Below, in pieces: positions 47,076 to 58,946 of a DNA stretch of 64,000 nucleotides. Source of the DNA: the human T2T-CHM13v2.0 reference genome, Homo sapiens; assembly GCF_009914755.1 (NCBI RefSeq), contig NC_060930.1; one strand, 5' to 3'. Position 1 is the first letter of the stretch, and each line of letters opens with the position of its first letter. Under the pieces are notes generated by a model, which did not search any database, was not told the origin of the DNA, and was given only the letters and a program-made list of their open reading frames with translations. The translations under genes were made by a program, and so were the position numbers.

Positions 47076-49884
47076 TAAACGAACGGGATGAGTGCTATCA
47101 AACCTTGGTATTTTTCTTAAGTTATATAAAATAAATTATTTTCTATTTTATTCTTAGCCAATAAACGGGATCGAGTGGCAACTAACAAAAACTAGCCAAC
47201 TCTGTCAAAAAGATCTCCACATCAGAAACCAAGACCTGGAAGCTGTAAGAAGCCTGGATCCACACAAACGACTGCTTAGCATTCAAATACTCCCCTCCCA
47301 GAACACTTGATGTGTTTCTTGCATATCTGACTTACTCTGCTGGCCATCTACTGACAAAAGCAATCTCTTCCCAGATGAAAATTTCTCTGGCCCTTTCTCT
47401 TTGTTTGTTTTTGGTATTGTTTAAAAAACAGCATTTCAAATTCCTTCAGCCTTCCGGGAAAGCAGACAGATGTGTAAACTAGATTCCAAAGCACTAAGAC
47501 TTCTGCTTCTTAATAAGCTGGGACACAATCATGCCCTGGAAGCAAAAGTGAATAGAATTTCCTCATTCACGAAGGGTCTACTGTTGATTTTCTAAAAAGA
47601 AACAAAACAGTAACCAGATGGTAGTTGACAGGGCAACTTTAAAGACAAGTATTTGTTTTGATCTCATTCCTAAGGGAAAGAAAGTTAGATAATTAATAGC
47701 AGGAAAGAACAGGAGAGAAAGGCTAGAGGAGAAGAAATATCAAAGATAATGTATAAAGAGAAATGTGAGGAGAAATGGATATTGGAAAATAAGGGGAAAA
47801 AATAGCCAGTTCTAGAAAAATAGAAAATGGGATGAAATGAAATATAACTGCACATTTTTCACTAAATCGTTGCCTAGGAGACAACTAGGAGTGTTTCTCC
47901 CTGTACTGAATAATCGTTGAGAAACACACTGGACTTAGGGTCTCTTGGCTTTATTGTATCAACTGGGAAACTTACGTGTCAGTCATAGTAGTTATGAGCA
48001 CCATGCTTTCTATATCATGCTTCTAACAACAGAAGTAGTCAGTTTCAACAATTTTGGAGGGTAATAGCAGAGGAATTGTAAGTTTGAAACCTACAAACAC
48101 AGGCAGGTTGAGACTTGAAAATCTGATTAGTCTAGGATGACACATTAGTATGTGTAACACTAAGCAACAAACCGTGGAAAAGTCAATTAGAAAAGCAGCT
48201 GAAGGCCCATTTGGCAATGTGAGATCATCTTTACAGTTTGCCTGGTATCTGTTGAAAACCAGTTTTCCATATAAAGAGCCTGGTGCACTTAAAGTCATAT
48301 AGTGTGGAGGCAAAGTTTCACGTTACAAAGCAGTTCTTTATCCTCCATTAGCGTACAGCCCCTATGGATCTTATTATCACTGTTTTCCTTTTAATCTAAT
48401 AATTATAAAGAACAAAAAGCATTAAAAAATGCTTTACTGCTCCCATTTGAATTTGTCTTTCCTATAGTTTAGTGAATTTTGCAGAAAATATTTATATACA
48501 TTGTCTTAAATAAGCCCATCTCTATAAAGCTGTCCCTCCTCTATTTATTGGGCTGAATTCTCAGCGTGTGCGTGCAGGCAGGCATGCATATGTGTGTGTG
48601 TGTGTCTGTGTACACATGCGCATACATGTGCACTTAGAGAATTGTGACAGGGGTAGGGAAAACAGGTGTGGGAGGGATTGTTTTTCATAATGACTCATAC
48701 TATCCTTTTCCTAAACAAAAGCAGGAGTTAAGAGTTTGAGAACGTTTGCTGTTGGTTGGAAATAGACCATGGTTATTTCATCTTATTTTTTTCTTCACAT
48801 TAACATAGAGAAGTTTTCTATAAATTTGTAAGGTCATACATATCCTATCCTGTGAGATAGAGTGAATCCTAAATTGTAAATATTTTTATTTAGAGACAAA
48901 TTGGAAAGGCATAACAAAACAAATAAGAAATTATCTCGGGCTCCTGACAAATGTTTGAATTGTATCCTTGGAATTCATTTTGTCAAACATTTACTCATCC
49001 TTGTATTGGTATTGACTTGTCACTTTCATTTATTATAGAAAAAAATAAAATCTCAGTTCATAACAGGACCAGCAGCAAAGCAAACATGACATTCAACCCT
49101 CGGCCATCTGTCTGGATCTAGGTCAAGATTGTTTCCAAAACTGGAATGAGGCAGAGAAAGCCAATAAAATCTTGATGGGTTTTTATTTTGGTTGTATTTA
49201 TGTGTTTTCCTGGTTTTAAAAAAAATACTGGGGAAAAAACGGTCAGTTATAATATGTACCATATCTCTGCATATTTCACAACATTTAGACATAATTTATG
49301 TATGTATATATTCTTTCTTCTAGATCTTATGTTTTAGTGAGGAAGACAGCTACATATCTTAATTCTAAGTAAATCTCACAAATAAGCAAAAAAATTTAAT
49401 TCAAGAATACTGATTATCATAAAACAAATAATTGCAGAAGTTCCAATAAAAATTTGATATTACAATGTTAGTATAGTATATATCTTACCTACTGCCTCTC
49501 AGGCTATACTCAGAGATTAGCAATTAGCTGAGTGTATGTCCCTAACTCTCCTCAAATATATGAAAAAATTGGCCCAGAGATTTTTAAAAATTCTGTTCTG
49601 AAAAAAGTCTATAGATTTTTCTATTTAAAAATTCCTTATATAAAAATTAAGAAAAGATAAAACTTGGGAACATATTTATAATTACATAGATAATATAAGT
49701 GAATACAAATAAAACAATAAGAAAAGTATTAGTATTCTAATTTTAAAATAAAATTCCAGAAAGAAGTTCACAAAGGAGAAAAAACATGTGTTTAAAAAAA
49801 TAATAAAAAAAACATGTGTTTAAAAAAATATACAAGTTGTTTCTGTTTTGTTTTTTAAACTATTGCATTAGCCAAAATGAACCA

Positions 49885-50100
49885 ACAGTGCAGTGGTTAA
49901 GAAGATGAACTCTGGAGACAGACAAAACTGACTGGCATTGCTGTTCAACTTTTATAGGTTGTGGGGCCTAGGGCAAGTCTCCATTTTCCTACTAAAAATT
50001 GGAAATAGCAATAGCACCTATCTCATAGTGTGATGAATGAAGATTTAAATGAGATGACTGTTATGTGCTTAACACAGTGCCTACCATATATTAAGAGACT
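49885..50100 (+). mobile_element. MIR
   Basis: gtgcagtggttaagaagatgaactctggagacagac...gggcaagt...gtgcttaacacagtgcct. Confidence 0.75.
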
Positions 50101-50316
50101 GATTTTAATGAATTATCGTCATTCAAGCAAGTGGAAATGTAAAATGGTACAGATATTTTAATAAGGATCTGGAAAATGTATTGATGAAATATTAAGCTGT
50201 CTTTAACATGCTTCAAATAGTTTTTAAAAACAGAAAAATGGACCTAGCAATCACAGTTTGGGAAGCACAATGAATTAAATGTTCTTATATTTTCCCTTAG
50301 CCAAGGCTGTCAACTG

Positions 50317-50604
<288 letters not shown>

Positions 50605-51471
50605 GGCTGTCAATGTTTAAGCTGTTTTGACTCAATACCTTATTCTATAAGAATTTGTGTATGTATAAGCAAAACAGCAACAACAAAAAAACACTAAACA
50701 ATTAAAACTCATCAATGTCTGGCAAAGGAGATGTTTTATTACTATTGTAGAGTAAATTCTGTATCTAACTTTAAAAGTTTGAAAATGAGATTCTGTATAT
50801 GGAAGTTAAGAAATTTATTTCACATATATTCTCTGGAGGTATATTAATTTTTAAACAACTTTTGGTAATGCCCACAGGTCTCCAAAATTTCAAGTTTATA
50901 TTTTTAAAAACTCAGTATCTGCAAGTTTATACTTAAATTCAGTAAACTTCTTGATTTGTAAATATACTGACATTTTCTACTAGTCAGATAACTGAATGAT
51001 TCAACCATATTGTTCACTTTTTATGTGTTATGATATTATAGAACTATGAAGTTATCACCAGTTTAGATTACAAGATTCTTGAAAGATTCTTATAGTTTGT
51101 TTAATATATTTACAATACATCTATAGCTACTGATAGTTAGGCTACTTAATCTCTAAGAAATACAGAGATATTAGGCATAAAACATATTTTAAACTAAGAA
51201 AACATCTTTTCCATTTGATGAATTATGCACAGCAAAACAAACCTGTTAGGTAACAATAAATATTCATATAAGTAATATTTATATAGATATCATCTATCAT
51301 TTTTCTATATATATTATATAGCACCTTGTAGAATATTTTGACATATATTCTGAATAAAAGACTTCCAGTATATAAGATTTACAAAGGCTAAGTTAGATAG
51401 TAAGTTTTTAATTTTCTGCGAGGATAACAGAGTTTTTTTTTGTTTTTTTTGTTTTTAAACTGGCTATCATA

Positions 51472-51795
51472 GGTCAGGCATAGTGGCTCATGCCTGTAAT
51501 CCCAGAACTTTGAAAGGCAGAGGTGGATGGATCACCTGAGGTAAGGAGTTTGAGACCAGCCTGGCCAAGGTGATGAAATCCCATCACTACTAAAAATACA
51601 AAAAATTAGCTAGGTGTGGTGGCAGGCACCTGTAATCCCAGCTACTTGGGAGGCTGAAGCAGGAGAATTGCTTGAACCAAGGAGGCAGAGGTTGCAGTCA
51701 GCCGACGTTGCGCCATTTCACTCCAACCTGGGCACAAGAGTGAAACTCTTTCTCAAAAAAAGATAAATAAATAAAAAATAAAAAATAAAAATAAA
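51472..51795 (+). mobile_element. AluS (Sq/Sp-like)
   Basis: TSD AAACTGGCTATC(A/G)TA (51457-51471 / 51796-51810); (TAAAAA)n tail. Confidence 0.92.
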
Positions 51796-52086
51796 AAACT
51801 GGCTATCGTAATATGAAACTTGTCATATGTGAAACCTTTTCCTTATGATAGTTCTTAATTTCTATTAAAACAGTGAAAGGATTTAAATCTTGATTTCCAA
51901 TGTATTGTAAGAAAACACTTTAATTTATTAAATTGGTATTTTTCTGTGGCTGTTTGGCAATGGAATAATTCAACTTTATTGTTGGTATGGTCTCTTAGGC
52001 AAATGATTATCAGGATTTTTAAATTTAATGATTTGTTATTCAAAATTTGCTGTTTGTAGCCAAGTAAATTTCAAAACAAAACATAA

Positions 52087-52461
<375 letters not shown>

Positions 52462-52479
52462 TAAATTGGGTATTTTTTC

Positions 52480-52715
52480 TTAAAAATTTGCTAAAAGGGC
52501 AGATTTTGTGTTAAGTGCTCTTATCACACAAAACAGTAACAATAAATAAAAGAGTGGGAGGAAGCTTTTGGAGGGAACGGGTATATGTATGGTATAGATT
52601 GCGGTGCTGGTTTCACAGTGTATACTTATCTTCTAATTCCTCCAGTAGCATACATTAAATATGGACAGCTTTTTATATATAGATCATACCTCAATAAAGT
52701 GGTTCAAAAAAATAA
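52480..52715 (+). mobile_element. L1MB/L1MC 3' end
   Basis: ggaggaagcttttggagg...gtatatgtatggtatagattgcggtg...atacctcaataaagtgg. Confidence 0.75.
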
Positions 52716-53249
52716 AATAGATTTTCCCAAGTACTCCATATTTCTATTATTTTTCATAAACATTGTTAATTGCCTTAATATTCTTGATGCAATTTTTAAA
52801 AATACCCATCTCTCAAAACAAAATAATTGAAATAGTGCAGTTTGTCCTGCAAATCCAAGATTTCAGATTTGCTCCACAGAACCCATGTGGTGTGAACCAG
52901 TAAGGAAGTGCAGGCAGCAGAGATGGAAGTACTGATGATGACTTTATTCTTAGTGTCATGCAATGTCATTCACATCCTATGTACTTTTACTTTCAACACT
53001 CCAATGACAACTTAAAACTCTATTATGTAGGGACACTAGACCAACACACCTTTGTTTCACTCTGTACTATACTATAGTATACCATACTATAGTATCACTC
53101 ATATCAGCACTAGAAATATAAGCAAAGCTCCTTTTCCATCTTCCTCCATCCCACTTGCCATATCTAGATAGTGCCTGTTTTATATATATATATATATATA
53201 TATCTCCATACTTAATCATCTATTATAAATGACCTTAAAGTATTCATCA

Positions 53250-53796
53250 GAGCTTTTTTTTTACTGCAAGAAGAAGATAGTCAATTGAATTTAAGCAAAA
53301 AGAGAGGACTTATTGACTCATGTAACTAAGTACAGAGGTGTAGCCAACCTCAGAAAAAGGGAATTTAGGGGCTTCAATAATGCTGTTGTGCTCTGCCTAT
53401 ATTTCTTATCTCTCAGTGTCTGTGTGGCCTTATCTGTGGCTATTTCCGGGAGCTCAGGCTTTGGCTTTGTCGACAGGGTTCATACTCTTTTCTTTTGTTC
53501 AGCTTGTCTTTGCTTGGCTTGATTTGTCACATTAGAACCAGGTATGTGGTAGGCAAGATGGCCACCTGTAACCCCAGACTTCTTACTCCTAGCTTCAACA
53601 TTCCATCCCACAGGGGAAGGAGACTGTTGCCCCCCAACAGTCCCAGCAAATAATTTTTGGGATAATTTGGTCTTTCTGACTTGAGACGTGCTCCTGCCAC
53701 TGAAACATCTAGCTGTGGAAAGAAGACACATTGATTTGCCATGACTGAGAGTTGTTCTCCCCACTGTGGCAAGGAATGGAGAATTGGCCCCATCTG
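53250..53796. mobile_element. Old MaLR LTR (MLT1J/K-like), the target of the HERV-E insertion; appears to continue after 61552
   Basis: ttaagcaaaaagagaggacttattgactcatgtaact and ggcaagatggccacctgtaaccccagact. Confidence 0.6.
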
Positions 53797-53800
53797 AACC

Positions 53801-54257
53801 TGCAGCAGGATAAGCCCCAGACAAAAACCCCTCAGACACCGAGTTAAAGAAGGAAGCGGTATATTCAGCCGGGAGCATCAGCAAGACTCCTGTCTCAAGG
53901 GCCGAGCTCCCTGAGTGAGCAATTCCTGTCCCTTTTAAGGGCTCACAACTCTAAGCAGGTCCTCTTGAGATTGTCGTGATTGATTGAGCAAGCAGGGGGT
54001 ACGTGACTGGGGGGTGCTGCATGCACCAGTAATTAGAATGGAACAGAATAGGATAGGGATTTTCACAGTGCTTTTCTATATGATGTCTGTAATTACAGAT
54101 AACCGATTAGGTCAGGGGTCCATCTTTAACTACCAGGCCCAGGGTGTGGTGCTGGGTTGTCTGCTTGTGGATTTCATTTCTGCCTTTTAGTTTTTACTTC
54201 TTTCTTTGGAGGCAGAAATTGGGCATAGGACAATATGAGGGGTGGTCTCCTTCCTTA
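53801..54257 (-). repeat. HERV-E 3' LTR (457 bp)
   Basis: Aligns end to end with 61091-61548. Confidence 0.95.
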
Positions 54258-54273
54258 TTCCCCCTGCTTTGAG
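54258..54273 (-). promoter_or_regulatory. Polypurine tract
   Basis: Minus strand CTCAAAGCAGGGGGAA directly before the 3' LTR. Confidence 0.85.
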
Positions 54274-54289
54274 AATCTCACTCAATAGT

Positions 54290-56335
54290 GGGAGTTCTCA
54301 CTTTCATTCTCACTACGCATGTCTTCTCGCAAGACAGATCAATAGTGATTCATATAGTACCCCTATGCTGAAGCATTTTGGTTAACTAAGGTAGCGATGA
54401 AGCTTTTTATCATTTGAAGAAGTACAGGTAGCAAGCAAGGGAGCAGTAAGCAGGTTCCTGTTACTATTATAACTCCTATTATAAGAGTTTTAAATCCTCA
54501 TAGCCCTGGGAACCATTTTCCAAACATGGCCCCAGGATCAAATCCATGCCACACTTGCACAGGCACATGTGCCAGTTTTGTCATATCTCTAACTATGTCT
54601 TCAATTACTTGCCCTTGATCATCTATGTGTAGACAGCAATTAGTAAGGTTAAATTTTCTACAGACCCCTCCTTCAGCTGCTAGCAAGTAGTCAAGAGCCA
54701 ATCTATTTTGATAGGTAGCATTTCTCATCTGAGTTTCTTGCTGGGCTAGAATAGTCAAGGCTCTGCCGGTTTTATTAGTGATTATTTCTAAGACAGCTTG
54801 TAACCGTATGATTCGGTTGATCATGTAAATGGGGGTCTGGTATCTCCATGAGCCGTCTTGTGCCCAAGTAGCATGCCATAATATTGTATGATTCTCTCAG
54901 GGGGCCATTCATCATCTTTCCAATTTCCTATAGCTATGCTTCTCTTTTTGCGGGAAGCATAGACAGGGAAGCCCAGGAGTTTGCCTGTTTTTATGGGCAG
55001 TAGGAAGAAAGATGGTTTAATAGTGCCAATAACACAACTACCTGCCCACTGGTCAGGTAATTTGGCATAAGCTGTATGCCCACATATCCAGTATAATCCA
55101 GTGGGGCTGTCCAGTCCTGGTGGGACTCTGGGTGGGTCCACATTGTTTGCAACTTTGGGAATATGCTAAATGGATTCCTCTCTGTGTGATTTGAACTCCA
55201 CCAAGTGACTATTTTTGTGGTACCATTATACAGTTTCTGTCCCAGACAACTAAGTCGTCCTACGGGGTGAGTGAATTCTTTTCCTTCTCTAGCTATGCAA
55301 TATTGTCCAATAATTGAGGCTTTTAGGACCCAGAAATTATCAGGGTGATTCTTTTGAGCTGGGAATTCATCAGGAATTGTGTCTGTAGGTATTAATTCTG
55401 GGGCTTCCCATGGCCATTGATTTCCCATTACAGTTCCTCCACATGCAAAACATGAAGTGACATTGAGAGACTGGGCCACATGCTCGGCTAATTGCAAAAA
55501 CAAATTTCTTGTTTTTCCTGGAGTTTCTGGTACTGGCACATTTAGTTCATCATAGAAAGTTTGAAACACTGGCTCAGGAAAGCGTTTGTAAACTTCTCCT
55601 CAAACCAAGATATTTACTGGAGGATCCAGTCCAGCCCCGTCGATTCCTAAGGTCACACACTCCCCTTTTTTCCAACGAGGATGAAGGGGATTGGTTATTA
55701 CTAGCTCTAAGGGGTTACATTGTCCCTTAGTATAGGAAGGGCCATTTTTTCCTTTCTGAAGGTGGACTGGATCCTTTTCATTTTTTATCCAAGTAGCCCA
55801 AATGACACAAGACCAGTATCCACATACATTTCCACACAGTCCTAATTCATGACAAATGTACTTATTTTCGGTCATATAGCCTTTTTCCTAACTAAAGAGC
55901 CACATCCCCTTCCTAACTTATTGCTATTAATGACAGTACAGGCATCAAATTTCAAGATTATGCATTTGGGAATCCCTTTTTCTTCTGTTCTGGCTAATAC
56001 TTGTATCATTTATGAGTCCTCACCAGTCTTCAGTCATTAATCTTATTTCAAAAACTGTGGACATGGGAGGCTCAGAGGGGTCATAACACACATCTGGTTG
56101 GTCGTTTCCTGGCTACATACCTTGTACTGAGTGTCATTATATAAATATGTTCCTTTTAAACTTCCTAGGCATTCATAGTAACTATAGAACAGAAAGATTG
56201 TTTTAACTTGCTGCCCTACCTCGGTAACCTGATGTATACACTGAGAGCAGTCTCCATGCAGGGAAAATCAGTGGAAGTTTTTACTATACAAGTCCAAATT
56301 ATAAGGAAAATGAGTCTCATGATGATTCCCCTCAT
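54290..56335 (-). pseudogene. env: HERV-E env, frameshifted
   Basis: Signal peptide MRGIIMRLIFLIIWTC from 56335; CGYWSCVIWATW; furin site RKKR; immunosuppressive domain [18 protein letters not shown]; CX6CC ([10 protein letters not shown]). Split over several ORFs; 3' end approximate. Confidence 0.9.
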
Positions 56336-56448
56336 GCTTCGGCTGTGCGTGGACCAGTCAGCTTCCGGGTGTGACTGGAGCAGGGCTTGTCGTCCTCCTC
56401 AGAGTCACTTTGCAGGGGTTGTCCAGGCTCTGTTTTGCCTCCCAGGTT

Positions 56449-57625
56449 TCAGTGGCTGAAAGGTTTCACATGGCTGTGGTGGATCCAGGCTGGGATTCCT
56501 TCTACCTTTACAGCCGTGGGGGTGGTCAGGATGACGGTCTGAGGTCCTTTCCACCGTGGCCGCAAAGGGGCTACGTTCCAGTCCTTGATCCACACGCCAT
56601 CACCTGGAGAGTAAGGGTGAACTGGGGAGAATAAGCTGATGGGACACCTCTCATTTACCCAAGTTGAGATTGTTTGTGTAATTTTTCCTAAAGCCTGTAG
56701 CTGTCGCTGTAATTCAATTTCACCTAACTCTTGGGGAGTGCCTGGAAGCTCCTGTAGTATTGGAGGAGGCCTATGATACAGCATTTCATAAGGGGAGTAT
56801 TCTATTTTCTTAGAAGGAGTGCATCTAATTTTAAACAATACCATAGGAAGGGCCTGTATCCGCTTTAATCCTGTTTCATGACATACTTTCCTTAAACTAT
56901 TTTTGATAGTCTGATTCATTCGCTCCACCTTTCTGGAACTCTGAGGTCGGTAGGCGGCATGTAGCTTCCAAGTGATTCCTAATGCCTTTGCTGTCTTCTG
57001 TACCAAGTCAGCCACAAATGCTGGCCTGTTATCTGAGCCGATTCATAAGGGCAGTCCAAACCTAGGAATAAGATCTCGGAGAAGCACACAGGTTACCTCG
57101 TAAGCCTTTTCAGTTCGTGTTGGATAAGCCTCTACCCACCCAGAGTAAGTACACACAAGAACCAGCAAATACTTGTTACCTCCACATTTCAGCATTTCTG
57201 TGAAATCCACCTGAAGATCCTCAAAAGGAGCCGCTCCATAAGCTTGTATGCCAGGTGGAACAGTGGGGCCTTGCCTCTTATTGTGCTGTCGGCAAGTAAT
57301 GCACTGTTGTGCTACTGCTTTGGCAAGGGCTGGCAAGAGTGAGATGTAGAAGTACCGGCCTAACAATTTTTCAAGTGACTCTTGTCCTAGATGAGTGGTT
57401 TTGTGCATGGCCAATACGATTATGGCTCCTAGCAACTGCAGCACAGCTACTCTTCCACCTGGCAGTCTGATCCATCCTCCTTTTATTACTTGCCCCTCTT
57501 CTGTGTGGAAGAAGTCTTTTTCTTCCTTAGAATAGGTAGGTACCAGGTCAGGTGTTTGAGGGAGTAAGGGGGCTGCTACTGATGCCCGGTAAGGGGTAGA
57601 TGCTGCTTTTCGAGCTTCTGAATCA
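56449..57625 (-). pseudogene. pol: HERV-E pol 3' part: end of RNase H plus integrase, disrupted
   Basis: ADSEARKAA; HHCC zinc finger (HKTTH...CITC); QVDFTE; YRPQSSRKVERMN; RWKGPQTV...WIHHSHVK. Confidence 0.92.
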
Positions 57626-57794
57626 GCTGTAGTGCGCTATGCCAATTGGGTGTCCGCACTAAGTTCAGCATCAATATGGTGACCTCCCGGAAGCGGGGGA
57701 ACAGCAGGTTGCCTAAGGAGGGGTGAACCGGCCCAGGTCGGAAATTGAGCAGGTCAAAACTCCCGTGCTGATCAGTAGTGGGATCGTGCCTGTG
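57626..57794 (+). pseudogene. 7SL/SRP RNA S-domain fragment (about nt 83-251 of 7SL), embedded in pol
   Basis: gctgtagtgcgctatgcc...gtgtccgcactaagttc..gcatcaatatggtgacctcccgg...ggttgcctaaggaggggtgaaccggcccaggtcggaaa..gagcaggtcaaaactcccgtgctgatcagtagtgggatcg.gcctgtg. Ungapped against recalled human 7SL, about 9 mismatches in 169 nt. The S domain is absent from Alu elements. Confidence 0.95.
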
Positions 57795-58946
57795 CTGTCT
57801 GCAGATCTGAGCTTTCTTCTTGGACACCTTATACCCACAGTCCTCCAGGTGCCAAAGCAGGGCATCTGTCCCTTTAGCACACCTGACTGCTGTGGAGTGT
57901 CCCAGCAGAAGGTTGTCCACGTACAGGAGCAAGATGCAGCCTAGGTCTTTAGCAGGAAGCTTTTGCAGGTCTTGAGCCAGGGCCTCCCCAAAGATAGTAG
58001 GGGAGTTCTTGAACCTTTGGGGAAGCCGGGTCCAAGTGTACTGAGTAGTGACACCTGACTCCGGATCTTCCCACTGAAAGGCAAACAGCTTCTGGCTCTC
58101 AGGAGCTAGTCTGATGCAAAAGAAGGCATATTTTAAGTCCAGACAGGTAAACCAGCTGTCCTCAGCTAGCAGCAGCCCTAATAATGTGTAAGGGTTAGGA
58201 ACTGTTGGGTGCAGAGTCACTGTAGCTTGGTTGACCAAGCATAAGTCCTGTACTGGCTGGTAGTCCTTGGTCCCTGGCTTAGGCACAGGCAGGAGGGGGG
58301 TGTGCCATGGAGACTAGCAAAGAACTATAATTCCATAGGCTTTGAAGTGCCTGAGATGAACCTGGATTCCTTTAAGAGCTTCTCTGGGAACTGGATACTG
58401 CTTTTGTCTAATTGGTTGTGCCCCAGGCTTAACTTCTATGAGTATGGGGGCTTGGTTGACCACCAGTCCTGGAGGATTATCCTCTGCCCATACTCGGGGC
58501 CATTGCTTAGCTAGAGCTGATTTTATCTCTTGGCCTGGCTTGGTTAGAAAAAGTCTCCATTCTTCTTCCCGGGGGACCGTAAGGGCCTTGATAACTCCTG
58601 TTCCCGGTAACTTTAGCTGTAAAGAGCCCTGTTTTGTAAAGCAGATGGTGGCTCTCAGCTTGCTAAGCAGGACTCTTCCCAGCAATAGCAAAGGACAGTC
58701 AGGCATGTACAAGAACTGGTGAACTATCTTATGTCCCCACACCAAGCAGGTCCGTGGTAGACAGAAAGCCTGTTTAGTGGAAACTCCTGTTGCTCTGATT
58801 ATATCAATGGTTTTCTTGGATAAGGGGGCGACCAGGGTTGTCACTACTGAATGTTCAGCACCAGTATCGACCAAAAATTTAATGTCCTTGCCCCTAATTG
58901 TAATCCTGACCATGGGCTCCTTGGGGGTGCTTGAGCCCGGTCCCCT
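57795..58946 (-). pseudogene. pol: HERV-E protease plus N-terminal RT, truncated
   Basis: FLVDTGAEHSV and LLGRVLL (protease); DLKYAFF, QYTWTRLPQRFKNSP and YVDN (catalytic YVDD mutated); stops at KKAQICRQ. Confidence 0.93.

Noticed and set aside
54290-56335. Intact, domesticated env (ERV3/syncytin-like)
   Set aside because: The frame is broken into at least four pieces by frameshifts and stops.
57626-57794. Interpretation as a functional SRP RNA gene or as an Alu
   Set aside because: It lacks both Alu-domain ends, the 5' promoter region and a terminator, and Alus do not contain the S domain.
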